From Nitrosopumilaceae archaeon (GTDB lineage: Archaea; Thermoproteota; Nitrososphaeria; Nitrososphaerales; Nitrosopumilaceae): DNA of 64,000 nucleotides. The notes beneath the pieces are model-generated. The model was not told where the DNA came from and did not search any database. It saw only the letters and a list, made by a program, of their open reading frames with translations. This document shows, piece by piece, positions 49,110 to 58,710 of the stretch (its first letter is position 1; every line of letters begins with the position of its first letter). The stretch covers positions 736,001-800,000 of the forward strand of contig CBDBCR010000001.1 in the NCBI GenBank assembly GCA_965203465.1. The letters are read 5' to 3'. The position numbers were made by a program, and so were the translations under genes.

Positions 49110-50705
49110 GTAACTGTTCACGTCGTTTAGGCCCGTTTACGCGTACGGCAGCAGCTCCTTCACGTAGTCCAGGCCCTGGTTCTTCCAGGTGGCGATGCAC
49201 GTGAAGATGTTGCCGTAGATCTCCATGCTCTCCTCCGCCCTGAGGCTGCCGCGGATCTTGCGGTGGATGACTATCTCGCGCAGGCCGCGCTCGGCCGCGT
49301 TGTTGGTCGGCTGTATGCGCGGGTCCAGCACGAACGCGAACAGGTCGTCGGCCGCGCCTTCCAGCTTGCCGAGGAACGGCCGCGAGACCGAGCTGCCCCA
49401 GTTGTCGTCTATGATGCGCCGCACGCAGCCCAGCAGCGCCGCGCGGACGCGGCCGCGCCTGGCCTTGCTCATGCGCTTTCCGGACGCGCCGCGCGCGGTC
49501 TCGAAGACGCCGCGCAGCCTCTCGAGTATGTCGCGCGCGGCCGCGCTGTCGGGGTGCGCCCGGAGCAGGTACCTGGCCTCGCGCAGGATGTGCGCCCAGC
49601 AGCGCTGGCGCCTCCACCCGTTGTACGACCTCCACCCGTCGCAGACGATCACTCCCCTGAATCCGGGCAGCACGTCGCGCAGCACGTCGCGCCCCCTGCT
49701 CGGGCGCACCACGAACAGCGAGTTGCCCGTCAGGGGGTCGAGGAAGATCCACACCCAGACGAGCTCGCCGTTGAGTTTGAACGACGTCTCGTCGATGTGC
49801 AGCACGCCGGCGCGCTGCATGGCCAGGATCATGGCCTCGACGAACGGCTTCATGTTGCGCCCCGTCCTGGCCAGCACGTTGCTTACCGTGCCTACGGAGA
49901 CCGCCAGGCCGTCGCGGCCCATCCTGCGGGCGTTCATCCTGTGCGTCAGGCGGTCGTCGAAGTTGCTCACGACGCGCCCGCACGCGTTGCGGCCCAGCTC
50001 GCCGGCGCTCGGCAGGCCGGCGTCGGGCTCCATGCCCTTTTGGCCGCACCGACAGCATTCGTAGACGTTTATCGTGTGGCGCGTGGTGACCGGCTCCGCG
50101 GGGGGAGGAGACTCCGTGACGTTGCGGGTCTTTTGCCCGGTGTTCTTTATGCTGTCGGACCCGCAGTTGGGGCACTCGCTCATCGTGTGCTCCTCGAACT
50201 CGGTGGGCTCGGGCTTGCTGGTCTTGCCCGGGTGTCCCTTTTGCGCGCCCTGCTTCCTGCCGGACTTGGGCCTGTCCCTGTTCTTTTTGGCGGCGATCAT
50301 TTTCTGGGTGTACGTCATCTTGGACGACGGAGTGTGCGCGTTGTCGTGGATCTTGTTGATCTTTTCCAGCTCCTTCACCCTGCGGGCGAGCCGCGCCGAC
50401 CTGTCGTCGGCCTTCAGCCTGGCCGCTCTTTGGTCTTCCAGCTCCTGCTTGGTCAACGCCAGCTCCGCCTCGGCGCGCAGCTTGTCGCGCTCGGCCCGGT
50501 CGGCCCTGTCCGTCTCGACGTTCAGCCGCATCTTGACCTGCTGCAGCTCGGTCCTTGCCCCCTTGAACTTGTGCTTCCACTCGGCGCACTTGCGGGTCGC
50601 TTCCCTGCAATCCAACGGCTGGCGTAAAACGTACTAGTATTTAGATCGCTGCTGTCAAAAAAATTCACCAAGGGGTGAAAATTCAGGCACGACGTGAACA
50701 GTTAC
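49110..50705 (-). mobile_element. IS66-family insertion sequence, single-ORF (ISBst12-like), 1596 bp
   Basis: Perfect 17-bp terminal inverted repeats GTAACTGTTCACGTCGT (49110-49126 and 50689-50705); 8-bp target duplication GTACGATT (49102-49109 and 50706-50713). Confidence 0.95.
49137..50615 (-). CDS. tnpC: IS66 DDE transposase
   Basis: N-terminal coiled coil, HTPSS, GAQKGHPG, CPNCG..CCRCG zinc finger, LHIDET, VCDGW, QRCWAHILR and PTNNAAERGLR. Confidence 0.95.
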   Translation of the reverse strand: MDCREATRKCAEWKHKFKGARTELQQVKMRLNVETDRADRAERDKLRAEAELALTKQELEDQRAARLKADDRSARLARRVKELEKINKIHDNAHTPSSKMTYTQKMIAAKKNRDRPKSGRKQGAQKGHPGKTSKPEPTEFEEHTMSECPNCGSDSIKNTGQKTRNVTESPPPAEPVTTRHTINVYECCRCGQKGMEPDAGLPSAGELGRNACGRVVSNFDDRLTHRMNARRMGRDGLAVSVGTVSNVLARTGRNMKPFVEAMILAMQRAGVLHIDETSFKLNGELVWVWIFLDPLTGNSLFVVRPSRGRDVLRDVLPGFRGVIVCDGWRSYNGWRRQRCWAHILREARYLLRAHPDSAAARDILERLRGVFETARGASGKRMSKARRGRVRAALLGCVRRIIDDNWGSSVSRPFLGKLEGAADDLFAFVLDPRIQPTNNAAERGLREIVIHRKIRGSLRAEESMEIYGNIFTCIATWKNQGLDYVKELLPYA

Positions 50706-51150
50706 GTACGATTTTAGCTCGCGCAGGCGGCCGGACGATGCGTTTTCTGGGTCGGATCTAGGGGGCAGAATCATGTCCTCCAGCACATCCATGAACCCTT
50801 GCTGCGTCTTGACCTGTGGCAGACGCTCACCCTTCTCTGCCAACGGCCGAAGCCCGGATTCGGTGTGTAAAAGTGTTTATTGGTCGGCCGGCCCGACGTA
50901 TCCGCCCGCCCCCTATGTCCTGCGCCTGAGACGGGCTGACGCCTGCCCACAGCGCGGCCGGGTAGGCGCTGGAGCCGGCCGTTGTCCCGCCCCGTCTTGG
51001 GGCTCTACCGCGGCGGCAGGTTGCGCGACGGCACCCGCGTGCCCGACGGCGCCTTCATCAGCGTGAAGATGCGCGCGCTGGACGCGTCGCCAGATCCACG
51101 GCGGTATTACTCACTGCTTGAATCGCTGGAGGACGTGATAACGGTGCGCA

Positions 51151-51456
51151 TCATTTAGAGGCGGCCAGCACCCGTTTCCACTTCTCCGCGGCCGCCTTTT
51201 GGGCCAGTGCCCACGAGTACTCTTCAATCTCTTTGTTCTTGACGCGGCAGGCCGCGAGCTTTTCCTCGTCGGTCATGTACTCACAGGCGTGCTGCCAAGT
51301 GATCCTGAGGACCTCGTCCGAAGCCTCCGTTCTGAGCTCGTCCGGTATGGTCGGGCCGCTAAGCGGAATAGAGGCGAATATCAAGTGTGCCTTTCGCTCC
51401 GCGACTTTTTTCCAGGCCTCAAAGTATTCGGCGGATCTGGCTTTCCTGTCGCTCAC
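51151..51456 (-). CDS. Small hypothetical protein, possibly frameshifted from ATG 51523
   Basis: Helical 101-aa ORF; TTTATA lies about 22 nt upstream of the out-of-frame ATG 51523, with a G7 run at 51502-51508 between them. Confidence 0.4.
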   Translation of the reverse strand: MSDRKARSAEYFEAWKKVAERKAHLIFASIPLSGPTIPDELRTEASDEVLRITWQHACEYMTDEEKLAACRVKNKEIEEYSWALAQKAAAEKWKRVLAASK

Positions 51457-51592
51457 CTCCCACGGGGTGTTGATGGCGCTCTCTACAGTGTTGGCAAACT
51501 CGGGGGGGCTCGGCCTTCTGCATGGCTTACCCCTAGATTTGAGAGTATAAATCTCAAACGCTGTTCACTAGACACGGGCCTTTCCCGGCCGC

Positions 51593-52588
51593 CTACACGT
51601 CCACCTGGGACCTTTCGCCCAGCAGGAACCTGCGCGGCTTGCCGCCGCCGCGGATCTCCGAGCCCTGCGCTATTATGCTGCCCGATATGGTACCGCCGTC
51701 CTCCAAGGTGCAGCCGTCCATGATTATCGAATCGGATATGGAGCACCCAGATATGCGGCACCCGTCCCCCACCGAGACGTTGGGGCCAAGCGCCGACGAG
51801 CTTATCTGGCAGCCGTCGCCCACCAGAACGGGGCCCTCCAGCTTGCAGTCCTCCGAGACGCGCGAGCCCCCCACCCGGACGCCGGATCCGAGCACGAGCC
51901 TGTTGGCGTCGATGACGTCGTCGGGGGTGCCCGTATCCTTCCACCAGCCGTCGACGAAGCCGTGCTCCAGTTTGCCGTTTTCCAATATACCCTGCAGGGC
52001 GTCGGTTATCTCCAGCTCGCCGCGCCCCGACGGGCGCAGCTTTTCTATTATGCCGAACACCGACGGCGTCAAGAGGTACACGCCGATGACTGCCAGGTCC
52101 GACGACGAATCGGCCGGCTTTTCGGCTATCCTCTCGATTCCGTCCGGGCCCAAGAAAGCGATGCCGAACCGCGACGGGTCCTCCACCCGGCACAGCAGTA
52201 TCTGGGCGTCGGGCCCCCCCTCGAACTTTTCTACGTACGGGCGCAGCCCGGCGCGCAGTATGTTGTCGCCCAGGTACACGACGAACCTGTCCGTGCCGAC
52301 GAACCCGCGGCACAGGCCGACCGCGTGGGCTATGCCCCTCGGGGAATCCTGCTCGACGTACGTTATGCCGACGCCGAACTTGCTCCCGTCCCCGTAGTAT
52401 TCGCGCACCCTGCCGCTGTGGGTACCGCCTATTACCACGGCTATGTCGGTGATGCCCGCGTCCCGCAAATCTTCGAGGGCGTACTGCGACATGGGTTTGT
52501 TGGCGATGGGCAGCAGCTGCTTCGGTCCGGTGTGCGTCAGGGGCCGCAGGCGCGTGCCGTGGCCCGCGTGCAGTATTATGCCCTTCAC
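51593..52588 (-). CDS. rmlA: Glucose-1-phosphate thymidylyltransferase (long archaeal form)
   Basis: MKGIILHAGHGTRLRPLTHTGPKQLLPIANKP, YLGDN, PSGRGELEITDA, WWKDTG and a beta-helix tail; GTGA overlap with the upstream SDR. Confidence 0.92.
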   Translation of the reverse strand: MKGIILHAGHGTRLRPLTHTGPKQLLPIANKPMSQYALEDLRDAGITDIAVVIGGTHSGRVREYYGDGSKFGVGITYVEQDSPRGIAHAVGLCRGFVGTDRFVVYLGDNILRAGLRPYVEKFEGGPDAQILLCRVEDPSRFGIAFLGPDGIERIAEKPADSSSDLAVIGVYLLTPSVFGIIEKLRPSGRGELEITDALQGILENGKLEHGFVDGWWKDTGTPDDVIDANRLVLGSGVRVGGSRVSEDCKLEGPVLVGDGCQISSSALGPNVSVGDGCRISGCSISDSIIMDGCTLEDGGTISGSIIAQGSEIRGGGKPRRFLLGERSQVDV

Positions 52589-53601
52589 AGTATCCTGCCG
52601 CCCAGCGAGACCGACTCTGCTATCCTCTGCGACTCTAAAAGATGCGAATACCACTCTACGGTGCGGGTGCGCTTGGTGGCCTCGGTCTTGCCCGACTCTA
52701 GGGCCTTTGCTATCTCGGCTGCCCCGTGGCCCACGCCCAGCTGGGCCGAATAGCCCAGGCGCCTTATCTTGGCAAAGCTGATGCGGTACGAGCGCTTGTC
52801 GGGATCGCCGTACCACTCTTTTCTGAGCGGGGCCCCGGCGGCCTTGGCCACCTCCTTTGCCAGAGGCAGCACCTGCCAGTTGTTGTCGTCCGAGCCGGCG
52901 TTGAATATCTGCCCGCTTGTCTCGTCGGCCGGCGCCGACAGGACCGACAGGTACGCGGCGGACGCGTCGCTCACGTGTATGAACGGCCTCCACTGCCTGC
53001 CGTCCCTCATTATCTTAAGCTTGCCGCCGCCGGACAGGCCCAGGACCATCGCGTTGACCGCCAAATCGAAGCGCATGCGCGGCGAGAGCCCGAAGACGGT
53101 CGCGAAGCGCAGCGCCACCGGACAGAACTTCGGGCCGGCCAGTTTCAGCGCGGCCTCTTCTGCCATGCGGTTGGCCTTTGCGTACGTGGTCAGCGGGTTG
53201 ACCGGGGACTCTTCGTCCAATACGCCCTCCCTGAACCCGTATATGGAGCAGCTCGAGGCGAGCACGTACCTCTTTACGCCGTGCTTTTTGGCGAGGCGCG
53301 CCACGCGCGCCCTGCCGCGGTAGTTTATCTCCATGGTCTTTTCGGGGTCCAGCTCGCCGGACGGATCGTTGGAGAGCGCGGCCAGGTCCAGCACCGCGTC
53401 TGTCTTTGCCAGAATAGAGCCGTCGAACCAGCGCGTGTCGCCGCGCACCGTCCTGAGCCTGGGGTTTTTGGCCACGCCGGCCAGCGGCCCGGTCCCGAAA
53501 AAGAACCGGTCGAGAACCGTGACGCCGTGGCCGGCCCTGAGCAGGCGGCGCACCAGCACCGAGCCGATGTAGCCGGCCCCGCCGGTCACCAGTATTTTCA
53601 C
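52585..53601 (-). CDS. NAD-dependent nucleotide-sugar epimerase/dehydratase (extended SDR)
   Basis: TGGAGYIGS, LAALSNDP, ASSCSIYG, YAKAN and PRMRFDL. Confidence 0.88.
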   Translation of the reverse strand: MKILVTGGAGYIGSVLVRRLLRAGHGVTVLDRFFFGTGPLAGVAKNPRLRTVRGDTRWFDGSILAKTDAVLDLAALSNDPSGELDPEKTMEINYRGRARVARLAKKHGVKRYVLASSCSIYGFREGVLDEESPVNPLTTYAKANRMAEEAALKLAGPKFCPVALRFATVFGLSPRMRFDLAVNAMVLGLSGGGKLKIMRDGRQWRPFIHVSDASAAYLSVLSAPADETSGQIFNAGSDDNNWQVLPLAKEVAKAAGAPLRKEWYGDPDKRSYRISFAKIRRLGYSAQLGVGHGAAEIAKALESGKTEATKRTRTVEWYSHLLESQRIAESVSLGGRIL

Positions 53602-53638
53602 GGGGCGCGCCGGCGCCGGGCGGTTTTAATGTATTGCC

Positions 53639-54469
53639 TCACTTTACCCCAACCCAGGCAAGCTGCGCCCCCTGCCCCACGTGGCCCAGCCTCGCATCGT
53701 AGTATGCCAGGGCGTACGCGTCCGAAAAGCCCGCCTCCCGGCACATGTCCAAAAAGTCCCACCCGTAGTCGTAAAACACCAGCGAGCCCTTTTCGGAGAG
53801 CGGGTTGCCGTGGTACTGCTCGGGCAGCAGGTGCCTCACCGTATCTCCCTCCAGGCGCGCCCGCCGGACAGTCCTGCCTGTCGTCGAGCGGAAGAACGGA
53901 AACGTCGCCAGCATTTTGCCGCCCGGCCTCAGTATCCGGCAGCATTCTGACAAAGCTTCGCCGATGTCGGGCACGTGCTCGAATACGTCGCTCGAGACGG
54001 CCAGGTCGAACGTGCCGTCCGCAAAGGAGAGGCGCCCGGCGTCCTCGTGTCGCACGCCGTCCACTACCCGGCCGCCCGGGTACCCGGGCCCCAGGTACTC
54101 GCTGCCCGTCAGGCGGGCGCGGCGGCTCAAGAACGCGTACAGCTGCGTGACGTATTCGTACATGTACACGTCTCCCCCGTGCCGCATGACGTACGAGGCG
54201 ACGAACCGCTGCCTGTTGCTGAGGCCGCAGAGGGGGCAGGCCAGGTACTCGCGGTACACCGAATCGTAGTCGTCGCGCACGTTCTCTACGGAAAACTCCA
54301 CGTTTCGGCCGCACGGGCCGCACCTGCCGCGCACGCCCCACCGCTGTATTCCGCGGTGCCTCGAGGCCGCCCGCCACTCGGCCCTCCGCCTGCGCGCGCG
54401 GAGCGCAACGGACGCGGCGTAGAATTCGGCTGCCGACCTGCACTCTACAGTCCAGGCAGGCGTGCGCAA
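53639..54469 (-). CDS. Class I SAM methyltransferase with Cys-pair N-terminus
   Basis: CGPCG and CPLCG; FDLAVSSDVFEHVPD..RILRPGG. Confidence 0.8.
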   Translation of the reverse strand: MRTPAWTVECRSAAEFYAASVALRARRRRAEWRAASRHRGIQRWGVRGRCGPCGRNVEFSVENVRDDYDSVYREYLACPLCGLSNRQRFVASYVMRHGGDVYMYEYVTQLYAFLSRRARLTGSEYLGPGYPGGRVVDGVRHEDAGRLSFADGTFDLAVSSDVFEHVPDIGEALSECCRILRPGGKMLATFPFFRSTTGRTVRRARLEGDTVRHLLPEQYHGNPLSEKGSLVFYDYGWDFLDMCREAGFSDAYALAYYDARLGHVGQGAQLAWVGVK

Positions 54470-54470
54470 C

Positions 54471-55394
54471 CTATCTGCCGCCCAGCAGTTCGGGCGCCTC
54501 TCTTTCCACCTGGGTTTTCATGAGGGCCAGCGCCTCTTTGGTTCCCGGGTGGGACAGGCCGAGGCGCCGCATCTTTGAGGAATCCAGGCAGGAGCGCGCG
54601 GGCCTGGCCGCCTTTTGCGGGAACCGCGAAGAGTCGGTGGGCAAGACAAGATCCGGGTCGTGGCCGAATATGCCGGCGAGCCGGACCGCGAACTCGTGCC
54701 TGCTCTGGCAGTCGGGGCCGGCAAAGTGGAACGTGCCCGCCCCGGGCCCCCCCGCCAGTTTCAGCAGCGCGCCGGCCAGCGAATCCGCCAAGGTGGCCGT
54801 GGCAAACTGGTCGGTCACTATGCTCACCCGCTTTCCGGCGCTCAGCGACTTTAGCAGCCACAGGGCGAAATTGGCCCCCTTGCGCGAGCTGGACCGCTCG
54901 CCGGCGTTCTCGGCCGGCGCCCAGCCGTACACCACGCTGGTGCGAACCGCCGCGTCGCCCGGGCCCAGGAGCTTCTCCCCCGCCAGTTTGGACCTGCCGT
55001 AGGCGCTCAGCGGGGCCGCCCCGTCATCTTCCGAGTACGGCGAACCTTTGGCGCCGTCAAAGACGTAGTCGGTCGATATATGCACCAGCTTGCCCGGGCA
55101 CGCCCCGGCCAAGACGCCCACGGCCGACGCGTTGACCGCCTCCGATTCGGACACGTGCTCTTCGCAATAGTCCACGTCGTGCAGGGCCGACGTATTTACC
55201 ACCGCGTCGGGGGATATATCAGATACCAGTTTGCGCACCGCGGCCGAATCTGTCACGTCCAGTCTCGTGCACGGGAACCCCAAGCCGGCCCCGCGCGAGT
55301 TGTACGTGCCATATACGTCCGCGCCCGATTCCAGGGCCAGCTCTGCCACCTTGCGGCCGACCAGCCCGCTTGCGCCCACCACCAGCAGCTTCAC
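54471..55394 (-). CDS. rmlD: dTDP-4-dehydrorhamnose reductase family
   Basis: LVVGASGLVG, HISTDYVFDG, YGRSKLAGE and ARPARSCLD. Confidence 0.88.
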   Translation of the reverse strand: MKLLVVGASGLVGRKVAELALESGADVYGTYNSRGAGLGFPCTRLDVTDSAAVRKLVSDISPDAVVNTSALHDVDYCEEHVSESEAVNASAVGVLAGACPGKLVHISTDYVFDGAKGSPYSEDDGAAPLSAYGRSKLAGEKLLGPGDAAVRTSVVYGWAPAENAGERSSSRKGANFALWLLKSLSAGKRVSIVTDQFATATLADSLAGALLKLAGGPGAGTFHFAGPDCQSRHEFAVRLAGIFGHDPDLVLPTDSSRFPQKAARPARSCLDSSKMRRLGLSHPGTKEALALMKTQVEREAPELLGGR

Positions 55395-55467
55395 GCTCGG
55401 CCGGAGGCTGCGCGTCGTATATGTGCCTTGGCAAAGCGTGATAAGCGGGGGTGCGCGAAACGGCCGC

Positions 55468-56277
55468 GTGAAGAACGTCATGACCGTAGATTTGGAGGAC
55501 TGGTACTGCGATCTGCCGTTCCGCGAATGGGACGGCAGGGAGGACCGGCTCCAAGAGCCGACCAGGTACATGATGGATTTGTTCGAGAAGCGCGGGACCA
55601 GGGCGACGTTCTTCGCGGTGGGGTACGTCGCCGAAAGGTTCCCCGAGCTGCTCCGCGAGATACGCGACAGGGGCCACGAAATCGGCTCGCACACCTATTC
55701 GCACATCGACCTGAGGCGCGTCTCGGACGCCGAGCTCGAAAAAGACCTGGACAGGTCCGTAAGCGCCATAGAGGGCATAACGGGCCGCAAAGTGCTGGGC
55801 TTTCGCGCCCCGTTCTTTTCGGTCAGCAGGGCGCGCCCGGAGCAGTACGGGATCATACGGAAGCGGTTCGCCTACGATTCGAGCGTCTTTCCGGTCCGGG
55901 CCGGCCTGTACGGCATGCCCGGCGCGCCGCGGTTCATCTACCGGCCCGGGCCCGGCTCGTTCGGCGAGGGGGACGGCGAGTTCGTAGAGATGCCCCCGCT
56001 CACGCTGCGCCTGGCCGGGTTCAACCTGCCTGCCGGCGGCGGGTTTTATTTCAGGGCCCTGCCGTACCGCCTGACCCGCCGCGCCTTCAAAAAAGCCAAC
56101 GGGCAGGGCAGGCGGGCAGTATTCTACATACACCCCAAGGACCTGGATCCGGCCATGCCCAGGGTGCCCGGGTACGGGCGCCACTACTACTGGGGCAAAA
56201 AAGGCATACGGCGCAAGTTCGAGAGGCTCCTGTCGGATTTCGAGTTCGTCCCCGCGGCAGAGGCCCTGCCGCAATAG
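55468..56277 (+). CDS. Polysaccharide deacetylase (CE4, DUF3473-type)
   Basis: TVDLEDWY, ATFF, HEIGSHTYSH, GFRAP, YDSS, GGGFYFR and FYIHP. Confidence 0.88.
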   Translation: MKNVMTVDLEDWYCDLPFREWDGREDRLQEPTRYMMDLFEKRGTRATFFAVGYVAERFPELLREIRDRGHEIGSHTYSHIDLRRVSDAELEKDLDRSVSAIEGITGRKVLGFRAPFFSVSRARPEQYGIIRKRFAYDSSVFPVRAGLYGMPGAPRFIYRPGPGSFGEGDGEFVEMPPLTLRLAGFNLPAGGGFYFRALPYRLTRRAFKKANGQGRRAVFYIHPKDLDPAMPRVPGYGRHYYWGKKGIRRKFERLLSDFEFVPAAEALPQ

Positions 56278-56283
56278 CAAAAT

Positions 56284-57174
56284 ATGCGCGGCCGGGGCCC
56301 GGCACCCGTGGACGTGGTGCTGATTCCGGCGTACAACAACGAGTCGGCCATCGGCGGCGTGGTCAGGGCCTCGGCCCGGAGCGCCGACGAGGTCATCGTC
56401 TGCGACGACGGCTCGTCCGACAGGACGGCCGAGCGCGCCCAAGAGTGCGGCGCGCGGGTCCTGCGGCACGAAAAAAACATGGGCAAGGGGGCGGCCCTGC
56501 GCACGCTCTTTGCAGAGGCGGCCCGGGTGGGCGCCGAGCGCGCCTGCACCATCGACGGCGACGGCCAGTTCGACCCGTCCGAGATACCCCTGCTGCTAGC
56601 CGAGCAGGAAAGGTCTGGCGCCGACGTCGTGGTGGGCTACCGGTTCGACGACCGCGCCGAGATGCCAAAGTACAGGAGGCTCGGCAACAGGATATTCGAC
56701 AGGATGACCAGCATGGCCGCCGACGTGGGGGTGCGCGACACGCAGTCGGGGTTCCGCGTGTACTCTAAAAAAGCCGTCGGGCAGATAGGCTTCAAGTCCG
56801 ACGGCTTTGCGGCCGACTCTGAAATACTGATGGACGCCGCGCGCCGGGGGATGGGGATGGCCGAGCAAAAGATAACCGTCAGGTACCCGGCAGGCTCGCG
56901 GATCCACTCGCAGAACCCCATATCGCACGGCTACGGCATATTCTACACGCTGCTGGAGCACGTGGCCGTGCGCCACCCGCTCAAACTGCTCGGCATACCC
57001 GGCGTGGTGCTGTTCGCGCTCGGCGTCGGGTATTCGGTGGTGGTCATATCGATATTCAACGACATCGGGTACTTTTCCATACCCTCCACCCTGGTGGCGC
57101 TCGGCTCGCTGATGTGCGGCCTGACCCTGCTGCTGATGGCCGTGCTCTTGTACGCCATAAAGATCTCGCGCTAG
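56284..57174 (+). CDS. GT2 (DPM1-like) glycosyltransferase with C-terminal TM helices
   Basis: IPAYNNE, CDDGSSD, NMGKGAA, IDGDGQ and DTQSGFR; the start may be GTG 56308. Confidence 0.88.
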   Translation: MRGRGPAPVDVVLIPAYNNESAIGGVVRASARSADEVIVCDDGSSDRTAERAQECGARVLRHEKNMGKGAALRTLFAEAARVGAERACTIDGDGQFDPSEIPLLLAEQERSGADVVVGYRFDDRAEMPKYRRLGNRIFDRMTSMAADVGVRDTQSGFRVYSKKAVGQIGFKSDGFAADSEILMDAARRGMGMAEQKITVRYPAGSRIHSQNPISHGYGIFYTLLEHVAVRHPLKLLGIPGVVLFALGVGYSVVVISIFNDIGYFSIPSTLVALGSLMCGLTLLLMAVLLYAIKISR

Positions 57175-58085
57175 CGCGAGGCCGCGCGCAGGCAGGCCAG
57201 GCCGACTGCCGTAAAGAGGCCGGTGGCCACTGTGCGCAGCAGCACGGAGGCGGCAAACCCCTCGTCTTCGGGCACCCCCCGGAGCAGCAGCATGCCGGAC
57301 AGGCCGCCCTCGAATACCCCCAGGCCCGCGGGCACCATCGATACGGCCCCGATGAACGATGAGGCGTGGAATATGGCAGACAGGGTGGCAAAGTCCAAGC
57401 CCATGCCGAGCGAGCCGGCCAGCATGTAAAAGGCGGCTGCCTCCAAAAACACGACGCCTGCAGAGAGCGGCGCGGCGAGCGCGATGCCGCGCGGGCCCAG
57501 CAGGGAGCGGACCGTCCCCAGCGATTCCTCGGGGTCGGGGACCATGCGGCCGGCCCACCGGAGGCGCCTTGCGCGCCACAGCAGTTTCTCGAGAAGGCGG
57601 TGGTTGAGCACCAGCACCGAAAGGGCGGCGACTACCAGCAGCGGGGCCAGCGCGACCTCCTTTGGGACGTCGGCGAAGGCAAGAGCTACGGCTATGGCCG
57701 ACGCGCTGGCCAGCGCGTCGTGGAACCTTTCGACGAAGACGACGGCGGCAGTCCTGGATACGGGCACGCCGCAGTCCCTCTTTAGCAGCGGGGCGCGGAC
57801 CAGCTCGCCGACCCTGCCGGGCGAGAGCAGCATGGAGAACCCGGACAGAAAGTACAGGGAGCCGCGCCCGAACCCGACGGCGGCCCCGATCAGGCGCATG
57901 TAGGCGTGCCAGCGCACCGCGCGCAGAAACACGGCCGCGCACCACAGGAGCGCAAAGGCCAGGTACCCGCCCGGATCGGCCGAGAGCAGGTTGGAGGCGA
58001 CCTTTTGGGAATCGGAAAACACCGCCAGGACGGCGTACGCGGCCAGCGGGGCCGCGAGCAGCGGCAGCCATGAATATTTCGACAA
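57171..58085 (-). CDS. Second UPF0104 flippase-like membrane protein
   Basis: SPGRVGE, VERFHD and VPAGLGVFEG; paralog of 20458-21408. Confidence 0.8.
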   Translation of the reverse strand: MSKYSWLPLLAAPLAAYAVLAVFSDSQKVASNLLSADPGGYLAFALLWCAAVFLRAVRWHAYMRLIGAAVGFGRGSLYFLSGFSMLLSPGRVGELVRAPLLKRDCGVPVSRTAAVVFVERFHDALASASAIAVALAFADVPKEVALAPLLVVAALSVLVLNHRLLEKLLWRARRLRWAGRMVPDPEESLGTVRSLLGPRGIALAAPLSAGVVFLEAAAFYMLAGSLGMGLDFATLSAIFHASSFIGAVSMVPAGLGVFEGGLSGMLLLRGVPEDEGFAASVLLRTVATGLFTAVGLACLRAASR

Positions 58086-58156
58086 CCGGCGGCCGTATCC
58101 TGAGACGATTTAACCATAGCGCGGGTTTAATAGGCCGGTTGGGGCGGCCCCGCGGT

Positions 58157-58675
58157 TTGCGCGCCAGGGTGCTAGCGGTCTATCTTTTGGTGGCCCTCGC
58201 CGCCTCGGCCGGCGTGGTCGCCTACAAGGGGACGGAGGCCTACGACAGGCTGCCCGCGCCGGAGCCGACGGTGATACGCGACGTGCGCTCCGTCGACGCG
58301 GCGCCTGCCAGGACCTTCGAGGTGATGTCGGATCCGGACTCGTGGGCAAAGCTGCGCAGCGTGGAGAGCGCCCGGCTCGTGCCCGGTTCTCCGGCGTCCG
58401 TCGAGGTGGAGCTGCGCGAGTGGCTCGTCTCGGTCGATGTGCGCGCGGAATACGAGGCCCGGCCGCCCGAGTACCAGCAGCTGCGGGTGGTAGGCGGGTA
58501 CCTCGACGGGGCCACCATAACGCAGACCTTCGAGCCGGACGGTACGGGCACCGAGGTCTCGACGGTGGCAGAGCTGGACGTCCGCGCGTTCGCCATGGTG
58601 TCGGAGGCGCCCGAAGAGCTGGTGCGCGAGAGGCTCGGCGCTGCCTTGGCGGAGCTGGCCGCGATGGCCGGCTAG
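58157..58675 (+). CDS. Membrane-anchored SRPBCC/polyketide cyclase-fold protein
   Basis: N-terminal TM helix, then VDAAPARTFEVMSDPDSW..FEPDGTGTEV; TTTAATA 24 nt upstream. Confidence 0.65.
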   Translation: MRARVLAVYLLVALAASAGVVAYKGTEAYDRLPAPEPTVIRDVRSVDAAPARTFEVMSDPDSWAKLRSVESARLVPGSPASVEVELREWLVSVDVRAEYEARPPEYQQLRVVGGYLDGATITQTFEPDGTGTEVSTVAELDVRAFAMVSEAPEELVRERLGAALAELAAMAG

Positions 58676-58710
58676 TCAATCTATTTATTGCAACTTTGGC
58701 GCCGGGCCGC

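Larger units (their letters stand above)
48127..50843 (-). pseudogene. 370-aa hypothetical gene disrupted by IS66
   Basis: Removing the IS and one TSD copy joins MAEKGERL..RELKSY to ILESDKEL..AQVA* in frame (138 + 975 nt). Confidence 0.85.

Noticed and set aside
48127-50610. 827-aa ORF spanning the IS and the host gene
   Set aside because: It is an alternate frame of the GC3-rich transposase that happens to run into the 3' half of the disrupted gene; the IS-derived part is Arg/Ala/Gly-rich shadow sequence.
52585-53601. Calling this SDR rmlB to complete the rhamnose pathway
   Set aside because: It lacks the typical RmlB motifs (AAESHVDRS, STDEVYG), so it is left as a generic epimerase/dehydratase.
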